Of a stretch of DNA of 64,000 nt, positions 61,801 to 64,000 are shown piece by piece; the first letter of the stretch is position 1, and the number at the start of each line of letters is the position of its first letter. Source of the DNA: Saccostrea cucullata (Eukaryota); NCBI RefSeq assembly GCF_032062105.1, contig NW_026927480.1, positions 1 to 64,000 of the forward strand, in the 5' to 3' direction. Below the pieces are notes generated by a model. That model was not told the DNA's origin, searched no databases, and saw nothing but the letters and a program-made list of their open reading frames with translations. Position numbers and translations under genes: made by a program.

Positions 61801-64000
61801 TGCTTTTTTTTCCAAAATGGAATTAATTATGTTGCTTTTTACAATTGATTGTAAGCAAAAGCGCAGACAGGTTACTCTTAAAGCCAATCAAATGATCATT
61901 TGAGGGAGGACACGATAGTTAAGGAAGTATGAAGTTTGCTAGAGAAGGATAGAATGAAAACAGAATAGAGGATAGAAATACCTTGAGGGGCAATGCCAAC
62001 AAAGCTTTGGGCATGTTGGGACGTGTGAAGAGCATGACTTGGACTATGTGACATTGCTCCATGACCGATTTCATGACCATGTTCCATCCACCTCGGATGG
62101 TCTGCTCTTACAGGGCCCTCATTAATGGGCACTGGTTCCCAGTCATTTTTATGATGAGCAAAATCAATATACGGTTCTGTCATTGTGTGAGCTGATTGAT
62201 GAGACTCGTGTGAAACAAAATCGACGGTTTTAGTTCGGGAATGACTCTTTTCTTGATTAATATTAGACGCTAGTTTTTCCGTCGGCGACACTTCAAGAGG
62301 TCTAACATCTGTCAATAGGTTGATAGTTGGAATCGAGTCTTTTCGTGTTTTTTGTTTTGATGTTTGTGCTGATTTATCAATTTGAATGGATGCAGATATA
62401 GTATTCTGTCTGCTTGGTCGTCTGTTTATCTCCAACGTTGATGAAGTGCTTTTAATTTGTGCTACTCTTGCATCAGCTTTTTTCTGATTGGCCAGTTTTT
62501 TCAGCGATTCTTCAGCTTTTAGTCGTGAAGCCTGGAAAACGTCCTGAACTTCTTCAGTTACGGGTCCGGTGGTGGATTTGATAGGCGTATTAATAGCTAT
62601 GTTAATGATTTGATCTCTTCCTCCTGGTTCTACTATTGAAGTTCCTGTTCCTTTTTCTTGTCCTCCGCCCTTTCCTCTCCTGGATATTAGCTGAGATTTT
62701 TCGGAAACAGTTTTAGTTGATACTTTTTTCTTTATACCAGGTCTAAGGATAATGTCTTTCATCTCTCTAACTTTTTGATCTTTAATTGTTTTACTTTTCT
62801 CTACGGATCGGCTGACTTGCTGGATCTCACTTCTAGAACTTCCAGAAACAGCTTCTTTAAGGGAAGCAAGAAGTTCATTGTAGATTTGCAATTGTTTTGC
62901 CTGCATTTCTTCTTGATTGCCTTGAAATATCAAATTAAAAATATTCAGTTTCAAAACTTTTTAGAACGGAACGAGAATAAAATAAGTTGATACCAAATGA
63001 AAATAAAAGATACCAACCTGGTGTGCTGTATTCGCTTTCTACCGCAGTCTTTACGAGCTTAGATAAGAGAACTTTAGATGCTTTGGGAATCTGTTGGTCA
63101 ACATTAGCTGAAACATTACATCCAGGAGATGAATTAAAGACTATGATTCCTGTTTTATTTGACATATATCCAACAAGTTCTAATTTTCTAGAATGGTATA
63201 CGAAACAAATTTGCTAACACATGTTTTATTAACGCACTTGTACTCGTATTTATTCCATCGAAAATCGTAAAAAAGATTTATTTAAATGCATCTCTTTCAA
63301 TTACCTGTTGCAGTAATTAAATTCTATTAATGTTAACTTTATATTAGTACCTTAGGTAATTGCAAAATAATTCTCTCTCACCTGGAATATTGAGAACTTC
63401 TGGTAATGGAGATGGCATCTCTTCTTTTACGACTTTTGTTTTCTGTTCTTTTGATTGTACTCTTTTTCTTGGTCTTGGAGGTTTTCGCCTTCTGCTCTCA
63501 GACCTACTGCTGCCACTTGGATGAGTTAAGGAAAAGTCTAGTCTATTGCGCTGGCTTCTATTTATGATTTCTCGTGTTGGGGTTGGAATTACTTTTCTCG
63601 TTTCTATCCTTTTTTCTGCTTCCTGTACAGGAGGAATTTCTATCCTTATTTTTGAAATTGGTTCGCGGGACTTGATACTAGCGTCACTGAATTTTTCTGT
63701 CGGAGGACTAGGATCAGCTGACTGGGTCTTTGTAGTCGTAACAGCTTCTTTTATGGCTGTGTTCACTTTTGTTTGCTGTTTGTTTATAACCTTACGCTGC
63801 GTCTGTACATTTATATTAGAGGAATCTTGGACTTCAATTCCTTGTTTTACTTCAATATTCTTTACCGTTTGGATAAGAGGTGTCGGCATATTTTCGATTA
63901 CACTTTTCCTTACATCTGTAGTTACTGCTTTCACCATGCCTTTGTCTTTACTGACATCGATAACGGATGCCTTACTAGATTTTCCATGTATAGCTCTTAA
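37881..64000 (-). CDS. Giant low-complexity extracellular/structural protein gene (>=45 exons, >=4,249 aa in window; 5' end outside window): Thr/Ser/Gly-rich mucin-like core plus Gly/Met-rich microexon-encoded C-terminal region
   Basis: Exons 5'->3': 63382->64000, 63018-63179, 61982-62920, 61567-61740, 61271-61357, 60708-60827, 60045-60155, 52139-59860, 51498-51713, 51108-51158, 50863-50919, 49960-50034, 49727-49774, 49156-49305, 48842-48886, 48585-48599, 47766-47804, 47364-47390, 47183-47239, 46642-46662, 46468-46512, 46148-46201, 45997-46026, 45598-45684, 45180-45386, 44982-45083, 44753-44794, 44436-44498, 44017-44073, 43665-43685, 43450-43467, 43126-43143, 41430-41687, 40876-41211, 40436-40591, 40093-40326, 39825-39845, 39505-39537, 39327-39350, 39061-39084, 38763-38786, 38481-38513, 38299-38325, 38045-38098, 37881-37927. 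All internal exons are multiples of 3, phase 1-1 and stop-free. Single-gene continuity and the last exon are inferred. Confidence 0.72.
40180..40290 (-). repeat. Coding tandem repeat, 39 bp (SMMGGTGNMGGQA) x ~3
   Basis: Visible in DNA and in the translation of exon 40093-40326. Confidence 0.85.
46220..46325. repeat. AT-rich 21-bp minisatellite x ~5
   Basis: Unit approximately aatgtaatattttatgtaata, immediately upstream of exon 46148-46201. Confidence 0.8.
46835..47206. repeat. ~50-bp minisatellite x ~7.5 derived from an exon end plus splice donor
   Basis: Unit (+ strand) approximately aatcgacttactcattgggtcattgaatcgacttgtagtgttataaatag; the last unit overlaps the 3' end of exon 47183-47239. 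Confidence 0.85.
52139..59860 (-). CDS. 7,722-nt single exon (2,574 codons), Thr/Ser/Gly/Val-rich mucin-like region with a basic Lys-rich segment
   Basis: Lies within the 2601-aa ORF; acceptor ccatttcag|GG at 59860, probable GC donor CAAG|gcaaga at 52139. Confidence 0.9.
58432..59028 (-). repeat. Coding tandem repeat, 66 bp (22 aa, STSGGNRFIETTRTETNTGSGM) x 9
   Basis: Nine near-identical units counted in the DNA and in the 2601-aa ORF translation. Confidence 0.95.

Overview
AT-rich, intron-containing eukaryotic genomic DNA. The repeat families and protein types suggest a bivalve mollusc, probably an oyster (inference, not verified). The ORF track fragments the real genes, so I rebuilt spliced models by hand from GT/GC-AG sites and codon phase. 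Plus strand, 0.6-21.6 kb: five tandem genes, all with signal-peptide-like N-termini. They encode a soluble LRR protein, an orphan Arg/Ser/Asn-rich disordered protein, and three related antistasin-like Cys-repeat proteins (13 modules, at most one per phase-1 exon). One of the three also carries a Gly/Met-rich block. Minus strand, 22.2-29.7 kb: a class I GLUT/SLC2A sugar transporter with intact 3' exons, broken exons 2-3 and a degenerate intragenic duplicate. Minus strand, ~37.9 kb to beyond the window end: the main finding, a candidate single gene of >=45 exons and >=4,249 aa. Every internal exon is symmetric phase 1-1. It joins a 7.7-kb Thr/Ser/Gly-rich exon, via a GC-AG intron, to about 25 exons of 15-57 nt encoding Gly/Met-rich, abductin-like sequence, and it has several furin-type sites. 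It may split into two genes near 42.3 kb. Together these look like a clustered secreted-matrix locus (ligament, periostracum or adhesive; inference). Intergenic DNA holds nested TTAA-type DNA transposons, MITEs, SINE-like repeats and a LINE 3' fragment.
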